Virus record (IMG/VR): IMGVR_UViG_3300027863_000020
Coordinates: 32,001 to 96,000 of that record
From: a virus
DNA: 64,000 nucleotides
Reading direction: 5' to 3' (one strand)
Below the pieces are notes generated by a model. That model had not been told where the DNA came from and did no database searches. It worked only from the letters and a program-made list of their open reading frames with translations. Both the position numbers and the translations under genes were made by a program. Shown one piece after another: positions 27,956 through 36,768 of this stretch (within the stretch, counting starts at the first letter, position 1; each line of letters starts with the position of its first letter).

Positions 27956-28519
27956 ATGGCACAAAATCGTGACCTCCATATCAACAACCTTCAGCGGTTT
28001 GGTGATATTCAGCGTACCTACCTTTGGCAAGTACAGATCAATGGTCTGTCTGGTGCTGAAGACATGAAGTTCCTTGTCCGTGAAGCTACTTGGGCGGGAC
28101 GAACCAACACACAGATCGAATCCTACTTCCTTGGGATGAAGCAGTTTTTCCCGGGCAAGGAAGAGTTCTCTGGTGACTTGACCTTGCAGTTTGAAGAGCA
28201 TGAGAGCCTGTTCGTTTCCAAGACCCTGTACAAGTGGAAACAACAGATTTTCGATGTGACCCGTGGTGCGTCCAATGCCGTGAACACTGGTGCGGAAAAG
28301 GCCGAACTTGCCAAAGACATCACATTGACCCTTCTTGCCTACAACAACGAACCGCTACCTTACCGTATGCGTTTCAAGAATGCGTGGCTGAAGAATGTCG
28401 ATGATGTGTCCTTGTCGATGTCGGGTGGCGAGGCCATGATGGTCGGCTCCACCTTCCAGTACGACTATTGGGTACTTGTCGATGAACAGGGCAACGAGAT
28501 TGCCTACGAATCCCTCTAA
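27956..28519 (+). CDS. gp19: Tail tube protein
   Basis: 'QRTYLWQV', 'FPGKEEF', 'NAW', 'TFQYDYW'. Confidence 0.88.
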   Translation: MAQNRDLHINNLQRFGDIQRTYLWQVQINGLSGAEDMKFLVREATWAGRTNTQIESYFLGMKQFFPGKEEFSGDLTLQFEEHESLFVSKTLYKWKQQIFDVTRGASNAVNTGAEKAELAKDITLTLLAYNNEPLPYRMRFKNAWLKNVDDVSLSMSGGEAMMVGSTFQYDYWVLVDEQGNEIAYESL

Positions 28520-28535
28520 CCTCAAGGTGCGCTGA

Positions 28536-29093
28536 ATGGCGAGTTTGACGGAAACAAAGGATGGCGGGATGAAACCCGCCTCTTCTGGATTAGCGGATGA
28601 GCTAAAGCGATTCCGTGCGTCCACTATTCAGCGTGACTACACATTCATCGCTTCCTTCTTGGACATTGACTTGTCGGATATTGTACAGCCACAGCAGATC
28701 GTGGCGGTCGGTATCCCCCAATGGCAGTTCACGAAGGATGCAGTGTACAAGAATATGTACCCTGTCGCCTATCCAAAGTATGACTCCGATGGATGGGAAG
28801 CTAGGGTGTCAATCAGGGAAGATGCGTTTGGGTCGGCACGAACATTGACGGATGCCTTGGTTTCCCGAATCAGGCGACCCGATGGCCTGTTCAACCCCCC
28901 GAATCAGGCAAAAATCCTTGGATTGCAGATCAAATTGCTCGATTTGAGCGGAAACATCACCGATGTTTACCAATTGAGAAATATGATGTATCTTTCTTCT
29001 GAAGAAATCGCCCTCAATCACAATGGGTCGGACATAATCCTTCGGGATTTGCAGTTCCATGTAGAGGATGTTCTTCGGGTAGGGAATGTATAA
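28536..29093 (+). CDS. Tail tube-like paralog (gp19/gp54 fold)
   Basis: 'IQRDYTF', 'IKLLDLSGN' parallel the gp19 pattern. Confidence 0.6.
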   Translation: MASLTETKDGGMKPASSGLADELKRFRASTIQRDYTFIASFLDIDLSDIVQPQQIVAVGIPQWQFTKDAVYKNMYPVAYPKYDSDGWEARVSIREDAFGSARTLTDALVSRIRRPDGLFNPPNQAKILGLQIKLLDLSGNITDVYQLRNMMYLSSEEIALNHNGSDIILRDLQFHVEDVLRVGNV

Positions 29094-29094
29094 T

Positions 29095-29152
29095 AGCGGA
29101 ACGGTCAGAGGTTGGGTTGGGTGATCCGTTAGGTGGATTTGACCGTTCCGCT
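29095..29152. other. 13-bp perfect inverted repeat with an internal sub-hairpin
   Basis: AGCGGAACGGTCA...TGACCGTTCCGCT. Confidence 0.7.
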
Positions 29153-29162
29153 TTCCTTGCAT

Positions 29163-29170
29163 ACTAAATA
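29163..29170 (+). promoter_or_regulatory. Late promoter (ACTAAATA), leaderless geometry
   Basis: TAAATA-N5-ATG. Confidence 0.6.
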
Positions 29171-29175
29171 CTGGT

Positions 29176-30201
29176 ATGCCAACCGTTGATAAACTTACAC
29201 AATCCGACATTGACACCATCAATAAGCTGAAGGCTGGTAAGATCAGTGGCTTATTGCCCCGTTTAACCCCCTCCGTGCTCATTGCAGGGCAGAATGTGGT
29301 TGCGGTCGATACAAGCCTCAAGCCAGACCTATTCATTGCCAAAGAGACCAAGAAACGGAAGATCGTGCTCCATGCCACGGTCGGGCTTCTTGCGTCCGAC
29401 TTACCGACATTGACAAGCCAGAAGCAAATGACTACTCATTACATCGTAGCCCGTGATGGGACGATCATTGAGGTCTATCCTCCGAAGTATTGGGCATTTC
29501 ATCTTGGTAAAGGTGCGATTGGTGGAAATGGTGCGATGTCCCAAGAGTCAATCGCAATCGAAATCTCCAATTACGGGCCGCTCGAACTCAAGAACAAGGG
29601 AGACAAGGCCAACCCCGCAGACGATAAGTTCTACACGGTCTATGGAAGCCTGTATGGTTCGGGAAACGAGAAGGTGGACACGAAGGGATTTGTCGGTGGA
29701 AGCAATCCTAGCGTCACCAAGCTACTCCATGCGTACAGAGGGTACAAATACTATGCCTCAATCACCGAAGCCCAATACAGTGCTCTAAACGCCCTTGTGA
29801 CCGCATTGTGCAACAAGTTCGCTATTCCATTGACGGCAATCGAATACGAAAACCGATTCAAGGTATTCGAGAACGACCAGAAAGCAAAGGATTTCCAAGG
29901 TATCTGCTCCCATGTCAATTTCAGACCTAGTGGTAAATGGGACTTGAGTGCTTGGTGCGATTGGGACAAGATTACCACTCAATCCGATTCAATCGAATGG
30001 GAAGAAGCCTCATCCACCGAAGAACCAGAAGGCAACCCAGAGGGTATCCGTGTTCTCAAGGAAGAGAAGTTCGATGGAGCGGATGACAATTGGGAGTACA
30101 CCGATACCATCGACCCGATTTCTGGTGCGGTGATTGAAACAGCAGAGAACAAGAAGATGCGGATATTGAGGGAAAATAACCCCTTGATTTGTGCGTTCTA
30201 A
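29176..30201 (+). CDS. N-acetylmuramoyl-L-alanine amidase (Amidase_2 family)
   Basis: 'IVLHAT', 'HYIVARDG', 'AFH', 'SIAIE', 'TEAQY', 'SH...KWD'. Confidence 0.88.
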   Translation: MPTVDKLTQSDIDTINKLKAGKISGLLPRLTPSVLIAGQNVVAVDTSLKPDLFIAKETKKRKIVLHATVGLLASDLPTLTSQKQMTTHYIVARDGTIIEVYPPKYWAFHLGKGAIGGNGAMSQESIAIEISNYGPLELKNKGDKANPADDKFYTVYGSLYGSGNEKVDTKGFVGGSNPSVTKLLHAYRGYKYYASITEAQYSALNALVTALCNKFAIPLTAIEYENRFKVFENDQKAKDFQGICSHVNFRPSGKWDLSAWCDWDKITTQSDSIEWEEASSTEEPEGNPEGIRVLKEEKFDGADDNWEYTDTIDPISGAVIETAENKKMRILRENNPLICAF

Positions 30202-30204
30202 ATA
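30197..30204 (+). promoter_or_regulatory. Possible late promoter (TCTAAATA)
   Basis: TAAATA before the GAGG RBS of the array's first gene. Confidence 0.5.
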
Positions 30205-30220
30205 CGATTGAGGATCAATT

Positions 30221-31849
30221 ATGGCGAAAGTGTCTGTACGGTTCAAGAAGGTAAAGTCTGGTGAGTTCGTGGAGTTTGAAATCGCTCCGATTCTCGACCA
30301 GTTCCTTGAAATGCGATTCGATGATCTTCAAGCGTGGTTTTTTGGATTCAGCGAACGGGAACTGAAGAACTGGTTGGATGACCTATCCGAACTGAAACGG
30401 AATGACTATGCCCCGAAGGAACTCAAGTATTATTCCAAGGGCGGGACAGCACAAAAAACTGGTGGGCATATCGACCAGTGGTATATCAAGACATTGACGA
30501 TGTTCCTTGCTTCGACCGATTCGATGCGTGGCAGTGGTGCGGGGCGTGTGTATGCTCCCGTGAAAGGATTTCCATTCTTCACCGATGTCCAGAACAATCA
30601 ATCAATGACGAAGACAAGCGAACTCATGGTATTCACGCATGAGTACGAACACGATTGGAGCGACAAGATCAATCAATATGTGACGGTGGAAGACGCTACT
30701 ATCAGCTATGGTGGTAGTTCGTCCACTCATTTCGTGTTCAAGAATTGTACCATGATCGTGGTCGATTCGACCGACTATGACAAGGGCGCAAAGCTCGAAA
30801 GCAATGCCAAGTTCATCAATTGCAAATTCATCAAAGACGCATCTTTCAGATCGTCAATTGGATTACACACCAACAACGAGCGGGATACTAGCCCATCACA
30901 TTTCGGAGAAGTTGATGGATGTTCCTTCACTGGTTTTACATTCGAGCTTCCCGAAGGGCATGGCGGGGGAGCCAAACTAGTCCAGAATTGCGAGTTTACC
31001 AAGTGCGTTTTCGAGAAAGAAAAGTACGACAAGACATCGGATTTGATGTTCCGTCATTGCAAGCTCAATGGGGTCACGGTAAAAGGAATCCACACGCTTC
31101 TCGACAATTGTACTGGAACGGTCGAGCAGTCAGCGGATTGGAAAGATGCGAAGGGTCTTCGTGACTACGACTACATGATAACACCGACATTGTATGTCCG
31201 TGGTGACACCGCTCCGTCAATAACACTCAATCAGCATAGCTTTGGAGCACGGCTTGTCAATTTGACTAAATCGCCTCTGAAGGTGAAGGTCGAACCAAGG
31301 CAGACGAAGTATTCCGAACGGGGTGGATGGAAACAAGGAACATATCAAGAGATTCCCTACACGCTTGTTGGAGTCGGAAATATCGAATTGGAAGGAAGTC
31401 TGTATGGTGCAGTCGTTCCGCAAATGGCACAAGTCAATATGGGGTTCGCTCCCCGTGATGCGTCTAGCAATATCGACACGATAGTCAGGGACTACAAGGA
31501 GCTTGAAAACGCCCATGTCAATTTCATCAAGAAAGATGGGATGTTCCAACTATGGAATCCAGTGGTCGATGGAAACAAATTCGGATATGGTGGAATGTTC
31601 TTGAATGGCGATGATGTTCTTCCAATGATCGTATCGACTTTCAATTCCGTATGCTTCGGATCGTTCTTCAAGTTCTTCAACAAGAAACTTGGTGGACGGG
31701 CAATGGCTATCGCTATGTACGACAAGGCACTAGCCGTATTCATCGAAGTCATCAAGAAGAATGGTCTGTATTCCATCAATGATGCCAAGCAAATCCAAGC
31801 CCGTGCCGACCGCATTGCGAATTTCCTACGATTGGGTGGTGTAAAATGA
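30221..31849 (+). CDS. Beta-solenoid paralog family member 1
   Basis: FxNC/xCxF repeats; 'RLVNLTKS', 'LNGDDVL', C-terminal 'RIANFLRLGG'. Confidence 0.7.
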   Translation: MAKVSVRFKKVKSGEFVEFEIAPILDQFLEMRFDDLQAWFFGFSERELKNWLDDLSELKRNDYAPKELKYYSKGGTAQKTGGHIDQWYIKTLTMFLASTDSMRGSGAGRVYAPVKGFPFFTDVQNNQSMTKTSELMVFTHEYEHDWSDKINQYVTVEDATISYGGSSSTHFVFKNCTMIVVDSTDYDKGAKLESNAKFINCKFIKDASFRSSIGLHTNNERDTSPSHFGEVDGCSFTGFTFELPEGHGGGAKLVQNCEFTKCVFEKEKYDKTSDLMFRHCKLNGVTVKGIHTLLDNCTGTVEQSADWKDAKGLRDYDYMITPTLYVRGDTAPSITLNQHSFGARLVNLTKSPLKVKVEPRQTKYSERGGWKQGTYQEIPYTLVGVGNIELEGSLYGAVVPQMAQVNMGFAPRDASSNIDTIVRDYKELENAHVNFIKKDGMFQLWNPVVDGNKFGYGGMFLNGDDVLPMIVSTFNSVCFGSFFKFFNKKLGGRAMAIAMYDKALAVFIEVIKKNGLYSINDAKQIQARADRIANFLRLGGVK

Positions 31850-33354
31850 GTGTGTTGATGCGATTCATTCCCGACCCATCCATCACTAAACAGGATGGAT
31901 CAAAACTGGATGTGATTGAAGTTCCTTTCGATTACAAGAACAAGTCTTTGGTGATGGGCAAGTATTCCAAGTACAAGCCAGAAGCTCTCGACCATGATTT
32001 TTTGAAATCGTTGGTGATCGAAGACTTTATCAAAGAGCCGTTGGTTTTCCCCATTGGGTACGAGGGGATTAGTCGGTCTGAAGTTCTGTACGAGCTTCCG
32101 CTATTCCGAAAAGAACGAGTTTCCCCGTATCACAGATATGAGTTCGTGGTTGTCAATGAGAAGGTTCTAATCGACAACGACACACGATTGCCCGATTTCA
32201 ACTGGTTCCGTGATTGTGACATCCATTTCACAGGAACTACTCCAATGTTCATTCCATATAGGTTCGTCAATTGCGCCCTATATGGCAAACATTCGGACAA
32301 GAATATCAAGCCATTCTCATCTTCTCTCTATTTCCATTTGCAGACTGTTATTGGTGGTGGTAGTCGAGCCGATGGTGCGTTTCTGAAGAACTGTACCGTG
32401 AACGACATTCGTTTCAAGATGACCAATTTTGAAGGCTCTGCTTATACCGTACCCATCGAAGGCGGTGCTCTCAACAAATGTACTTTCGAGGTGACTACAA
32501 AGAACATCGGTACAGGAACCGTCACTACGAAGCAAGTTGGTCATGCAATTGCTCTCAAGAATGTATCTATTTCCAAAACTGAATTTGGCTCGATTGATGT
32601 CTTTGCCGAAAATTGCGAAGGTATCATTTCCGCAACCAGACCTACCAAATTACAGGGTGTTGGTAATTCGGTCATCGTCAATAACACGAATGGAACGAAT
32701 CCCCCTAGCGTTTTCGTTGGGGATGAATGTACTTCGTTGCAAGTTGTCAATTTGACTAAATCGGAAATGAATGTGATGTTCCAGAACAGGGACTATGCGA
32801 AAGACCGATTCGCTATGTTTACCAACCTGTATGTCAATGGAAACATTCGTCTTTCCGCACAAATGACTACATTCGCAACCACGATGCGGGAACAGTTCGA
32901 TAGGAGTGGACACAAACAATCCAATGCCCAAATCGTAGTCAATACTTCAAACACCGCTCCCGACACTATGGGGAACCACGATTGGCGACTCACCGAAGAA
33001 TACATGGGCGATTTCTTCAAAGCGAAGGAATCCTTTTCGGATAAAACACAACTGCATATTCCAGACAATTTGCTTGGAACCTTTGTCTTTTCATCGAAGC
33101 GGATAACCGTCAATGGGGACAATCTGCTTGGTCTAATCATCACCACATTGAGCAATATAAATGACCATAGCGAAATCAAGCTGAAGGACGATGTGCTCAA
33201 TCAGGTTATCCTATTGCTTCACAATGGGATGAAAAACGAAGTTCCCAAGGATATGGACTTTGGGACTGAAGAGGGGAAGCCGATTATCGAAAAGATCGTA
33301 CTTCGTGCTTTCAGATTGTACAAGATTTGTCACCTTGCAAAGAGGGTTCTGTAA
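31846..33354 (+). CDS. Beta-solenoid paralog family member 2
   Basis: 'FVNC', 'LKNC', 'QVVNLTKS', 'VNGDNLL'. Confidence 0.7.
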   Translation: MSVLMRFIPDPSITKQDGSKLDVIEVPFDYKNKSLVMGKYSKYKPEALDHDFLKSLVIEDFIKEPLVFPIGYEGISRSEVLYELPLFRKERVSPYHRYEFVVVNEKVLIDNDTRLPDFNWFRDCDIHFTGTTPMFIPYRFVNCALYGKHSDKNIKPFSSSLYFHLQTVIGGGSRADGAFLKNCTVNDIRFKMTNFEGSAYTVPIEGGALNKCTFEVTTKNIGTGTVTTKQVGHAIALKNVSISKTEFGSIDVFAENCEGIISATRPTKLQGVGNSVIVNNTNGTNPPSVFVGDECTSLQVVNLTKSEMNVMFQNRDYAKDRFAMFTNLYVNGNIRLSAQMTTFATTMREQFDRSGHKQSNAQIVVNTSNTAPDTMGNHDWRLTEEYMGDFFKAKESFSDKTQLHIPDNLLGTFVFSSKRITVNGDNLLGLIITTLSNINDHSEIKLKDDVLNQVILLLHNGMKNEVPKDMDFGTEEGKPIIEKIVLRAFRLYKICHLAKRVL

Positions 33355-34883
33355 TGTCCTACTTCATTCGTATGTTTCCGTCACAGGATTCCAGTCGTAG
33401 TTCGTATGATTATTCTTTGGATGATTACAACAAGATTCTGGAATTCTCGAAGTACGACCAGACCCCCTACACTGGTAAGGATGCGGGTGGTCTTTTGAGT
33501 TTCCCATTCGATTCGCATGACAAATTCTTGCGGGATGTCGCCCATACATTCCCATCCCCGCAATTGACATTGAGCACCTATAAGGGAAAGGACGATCTCC
33601 GATTTGTTTTTTGGGACAATGCTTTCTTTATCGGTGCAAATCTTGTCGTTGAGAACGAAACGGTTTACATATCGAAGGACTGCGAACTGACCAATTCGAT
33701 CCTACTCAAGAACTGCAATGTGGTTCTGGTAGGTGGTGGTGTGATTGACCATCGGATATTCTTTGACGGATGCAAAATCCGTGGTGCGGTCAAGAAGGAT
33801 GGATACCCTACATTCACGGGTACATTGGGAATACCTATCCATGCTATGCCAAACTTCAGCACCGATGGCGGGAAATCGAATGTCCTTTTGCAGAGTTCGG
33901 TATTCATCAATTGCGAGATAACAGGTGTATCCATTGGTAGTGAATTTGATTCATACACCAATCCCGTTTTCAAATTGAAGGGATGCAAACTGGTCAAGTG
34001 TGACTTTGGATATATTGGACGAAAGAAGCATGACCATATGCGTGGGATCATTGCGGAAGATTGCTCTTTTGATAAAACGGTGATTGATGGTGTGAAGATG
34101 ATTTCGGATAATTGTGATGGAACAATCGAAATCCGTCATACCAAGCAAACTTCTCCATATCCTGTTCTCATGGTGGTCGGTAAGACCCCGAAGGTTGTCA
34201 TCGGAAAGGAAACCATGACATCGGTTCGTGTTGTGAATGCGACCGATTCGATAATTCCCTTATACATCGAAGCCCCTGAAGTGGCTTCATCCGTTCTTCG
34301 TGGAATTGCCCTCAATGGAAAGTTCGACATCGACATTGATGAAAAGAGTCGGTTCACCGTAGCACACACCAATAAATCGACTGTTTTGTGTACCATCGTA
34401 GGTCTTGCCAATAGTACCGCTCTCGAAATGGGCATCAAGAACAATAGCATCCTTTGGAACAAGTCGATTGCCCAAGTACATTCCGAATTCGACAAACGGA
34501 CAACGACCACGATAGCGGACATCACGATTCCGTCCGAGAAATTGGGTCTATTCGGTGGTTATTCCAATCCGACCGTGACCGTCAATGGAGACCCCGTTCT
34601 CATGTTCGTGACCCAGATCATCGGAGTATTGACCGTTGATGGGAAGGCCAAGACCGATTTGAAGGCAAAGGAATTGATTATCAAGTCGGTCATGGGTACG
34701 CTCAAATCTCTTGGGTATGCGGATCGAAACCATCTCCCAGAGATTCTTGATACCATCTATTCCAAGACATCGAAGATTCTCCGTCTCATGGGATTGACCG
34801 ACAGGCAACGGCTCCATTATATGAAGGAAAACAAGACCCTTCAGAAGTGGTGGTCTCACAATACCGAAAACTCTGAAAAATGA
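33354..34883 (+). CDS. Beta-solenoid paralog family member 3
   Basis: TAATG coupling; 'LKNC', 'FINC', 'RVVNATDS', 'VNGDPVL', 'KILRLMG'. Confidence 0.7.
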   Translation: MSYFIRMFPSQDSSRSSYDYSLDDYNKILEFSKYDQTPYTGKDAGGLLSFPFDSHDKFLRDVAHTFPSPQLTLSTYKGKDDLRFVFWDNAFFIGANLVVENETVYISKDCELTNSILLKNCNVVLVGGGVIDHRIFFDGCKIRGAVKKDGYPTFTGTLGIPIHAMPNFSTDGGKSNVLLQSSVFINCEITGVSIGSEFDSYTNPVFKLKGCKLVKCDFGYIGRKKHDHMRGIIAEDCSFDKTVIDGVKMISDNCDGTIEIRHTKQTSPYPVLMVVGKTPKVVIGKETMTSVRVVNATDSIIPLYIEAPEVASSVLRGIALNGKFDIDIDEKSRFTVAHTNKSTVLCTIVGLANSTALEMGIKNNSILWNKSIAQVHSEFDKRTTTTIADITIPSEKLGLFGGYSNPTVTVNGDPVLMFVTQIIGVLTVDGKAKTDLKAKELIIKSVMGTLKSLGYADRNHLPEILDTIYSKTSKILRLMGLTDRQRLHYMKENKTLQKWWSHNTENSEK

Positions 34884-34886
34884 TAC

Positions 34887-34915
34887 TTGACAAGATACAT
34901 TTGGCGAAGTAGATT
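34887..34915 (+). promoter_or_regulatory. Early promoter TTGACA-N17-TAGATT containing the CAAGATACAT box
   Basis: 17-nt spacer. Confidence 0.6.
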
Positions 34916-34960
34916 ATGTGATGTCGGGGCTATTCCCGACAATTACACGATAGGTTGAAT

Positions 34961-35722
34961 ATGAATATCTTGAGTATCTTCAGTTCGGGATTCCCCGAAA
35001 AAGCAGACAAACGCCTCTTGAAGAACCTTTCCATCCGTGGAAAGGAACTTGGCACGAAACCAATCCAGTCTTGCGACATCATCGGGTGCGACTTCCGTGG
35101 TGCTTCTGCTTCCAATAAGTCGTTCACCAAATCCCATTTCCACAACTGCGACTTCCGTGGAGCCGATTTCATCAATTGTACATTCGGTGCGGTGAGCTTC
35201 GACAATTCCGACCTTCGGGGTGTCAATCTGTCTGGTTCCCTTCCAGTGGGATCGACTTGGCGGTATTCTTGGGCAAACGCTTCGGTGTTCGTTGGATGCG
35301 AGTTCACCAAGTCGGTCTTTTGCGGTGTCAATTTCCAAGGCTCCGATCTTCGTATGGCGAAATTGATTGACTGTCAATTTGCCCGTGAGAACATCACCCC
35401 CGATCTTCCCGTCACTTCGTTCGCCACTGCGAAACTGGACAATGCAAACTTCTCCAACACCAAAGCACCTATGGTCGATTTCCGTCACTGTACAGCACGG
35501 GATACCAATTTCTCGAACTGCGACCTCCGTGGTTCCGACTTCCGTGGTTCCCGCCTCATGGGTGCGTCTTTCCATAATGCGAATGTGGAAGGGTGTGATT
35601 TCCGTGGTGCGTTCCTTCATGGATGCGACTTTTCTGGTGTCAATCTGGATTCCTTCCGTTGGAATTCCGAATACTATGTGGAACGGGATGGTGTTATCCT
35701 CTCCAAGAAGGAGATGCGCTAA
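34961..35722 (+). CDS. Pentapeptide repeat protein
   Basis: Canonical repeats CDFRG/ADFIN/SDLRG/ANFSN. Confidence 0.9.
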   Translation: MNILSIFSSGFPEKADKRLLKNLSIRGKELGTKPIQSCDIIGCDFRGASASNKSFTKSHFHNCDFRGADFINCTFGAVSFDNSDLRGVNLSGSLPVGSTWRYSWANASVFVGCEFTKSVFCGVNFQGSDLRMAKLIDCQFARENITPDLPVTSFATAKLDNANFSNTKAPMVDFRHCTARDTNFSNCDLRGSDFRGSRLMGASFHNANVEGCDFRGAFLHGCDFSGVNLDSFRWNSEYYVERDGVILSKKEMR

Positions 35723-36504
35723 TGTTGAACCTCACAAAACACAGCATTGTCATGTCCACCCTGTTTTCCAGAATTCGTCCGATTTCCAAGGAAGAAATCC
35801 ACCTGATTCTGGACAAGGACGAATTCTCCAAAACCCATCTTCCACAGGTTGCCGAAGCGATCAAAGACGATGAAGACATCCCAGAGCGAATTCGGGAAAT
35901 GCTTGTCGATGCGCTTCCGAAGTATCTCAATGAAGCAAAAGACCCGAAGGTCGATCCAGTCGAAATTGACCAACTGGTTCCCATTTGCAAGAAGTGGGCG
36001 GGAAGGCACATTGGAAAAGATTTCTCCGATAGCATGGATGACTGCATGGAAGGGATTGATACATTGATTGAATGGCTCAAGTCCCGTGGATTCGAGCCTG
36101 TCAATGTTCGTTGCGACAATCCAGAGTGTCATGCGATCCATGCCATGATTCCATGCCAGATTCCGACCGATTGGGCGAACCATCCGAATGAACTCTCCGT
36201 CATCGACAAAGATGCGTTCTCCAAGGATGGATATAGCCTTGCGCTCATCGACTTGGAAGACTTGCTCTCCGTGGTATCTGGTCAATTGCGGATTTTCCTT
36301 GGGTTCTACTACGAAATGTGCAAGAGCTTCCCACAATACAAGATCGACCCCGATTCGGTCGAGTTCGGTGGTCTCCGTGTCCAGAGGGATGGGGAAGACA
36401 TGGGGCTATTGGTCGATACCAACATTCTTGCCGTCAAAGAATGGATCAATCTGCAACGGGTTCTTCATTACCGAAATGGGGATGGAGTATGGACAAAGCG
36501 TTGA
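35722..36504 (+). CDS. Hypothetical protein
   Basis: TAATG coupling; AAGGAG RBS. Confidence 0.7.
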   Translation: MLNLTKHSIVMSTLFSRIRPISKEEIHLILDKDEFSKTHLPQVAEAIKDDEDIPERIREMLVDALPKYLNEAKDPKVDPVEIDQLVPICKKWAGRHIGKDFSDSMDDCMEGIDTLIEWLKSRGFEPVNVRCDNPECHAIHAMIPCQIPTDWANHPNELSVIDKDAFSKDGYSLALIDLEDLLSVVSGQLRIFLGFYYEMCKSFPQYKIDPDSVEFGGLRVQRDGEDMGLLVDTNILAVKEWINLQRVLHYRNGDGVWTKR

Positions 36505-36764
36505 TTGTATCCTATGTCGTTGAAGCGACTCTCGAAGGAATACCGTGCGAGGTGTCCCTTCTTGACAAGGATGGGAACGAGGTCGGTTTTTGGGCGTATG
36601 GAGCCTTTACCGACTCTTCCGTTCTATGCCCGTGCTCCGACAATATACGCCCTTCGTTACATCCTGAAGGGCATTCCAGAGACGAAGCGAGTATAGCCCA
36701 ACTCATAACTAAAAATCTTCAATCGGGATTCAATAGAGTCCCGATTTTTCATTATCATAAATAA
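36489..36764 (+). CDS. Hypothetical protein
   Basis: GGAG RBS then ATG 36489 (MDKALIV...). Confidence 0.45.
   Translation: MDKALIVSYVVEATLEGIPCEVSLLDKDGNEVGFWAYGAFTDSSVLCPCSDNIRPSLHPEGHSRDEASIAQLITKNLQSGFNRVPIFHYHK
36721..36749 (+). terminator. Rho-independent terminator
   Basis: AATCGGGATTC-AATA-GAGTCCCGATT-TTT. Confidence 0.65.
36756..36763 (+). promoter_or_regulatory. Late promoter, leaderless geometry
   Basis: CATAAATA-N5-ATG. Confidence 0.7.
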
Positions 36765-36768
36765 TGAT

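Noticed and set aside
35080-35640. Recurrent GCGACTTCCGTGG sequences
   Set aside because: Explained by pentapeptide repeat coding (CDFRG).
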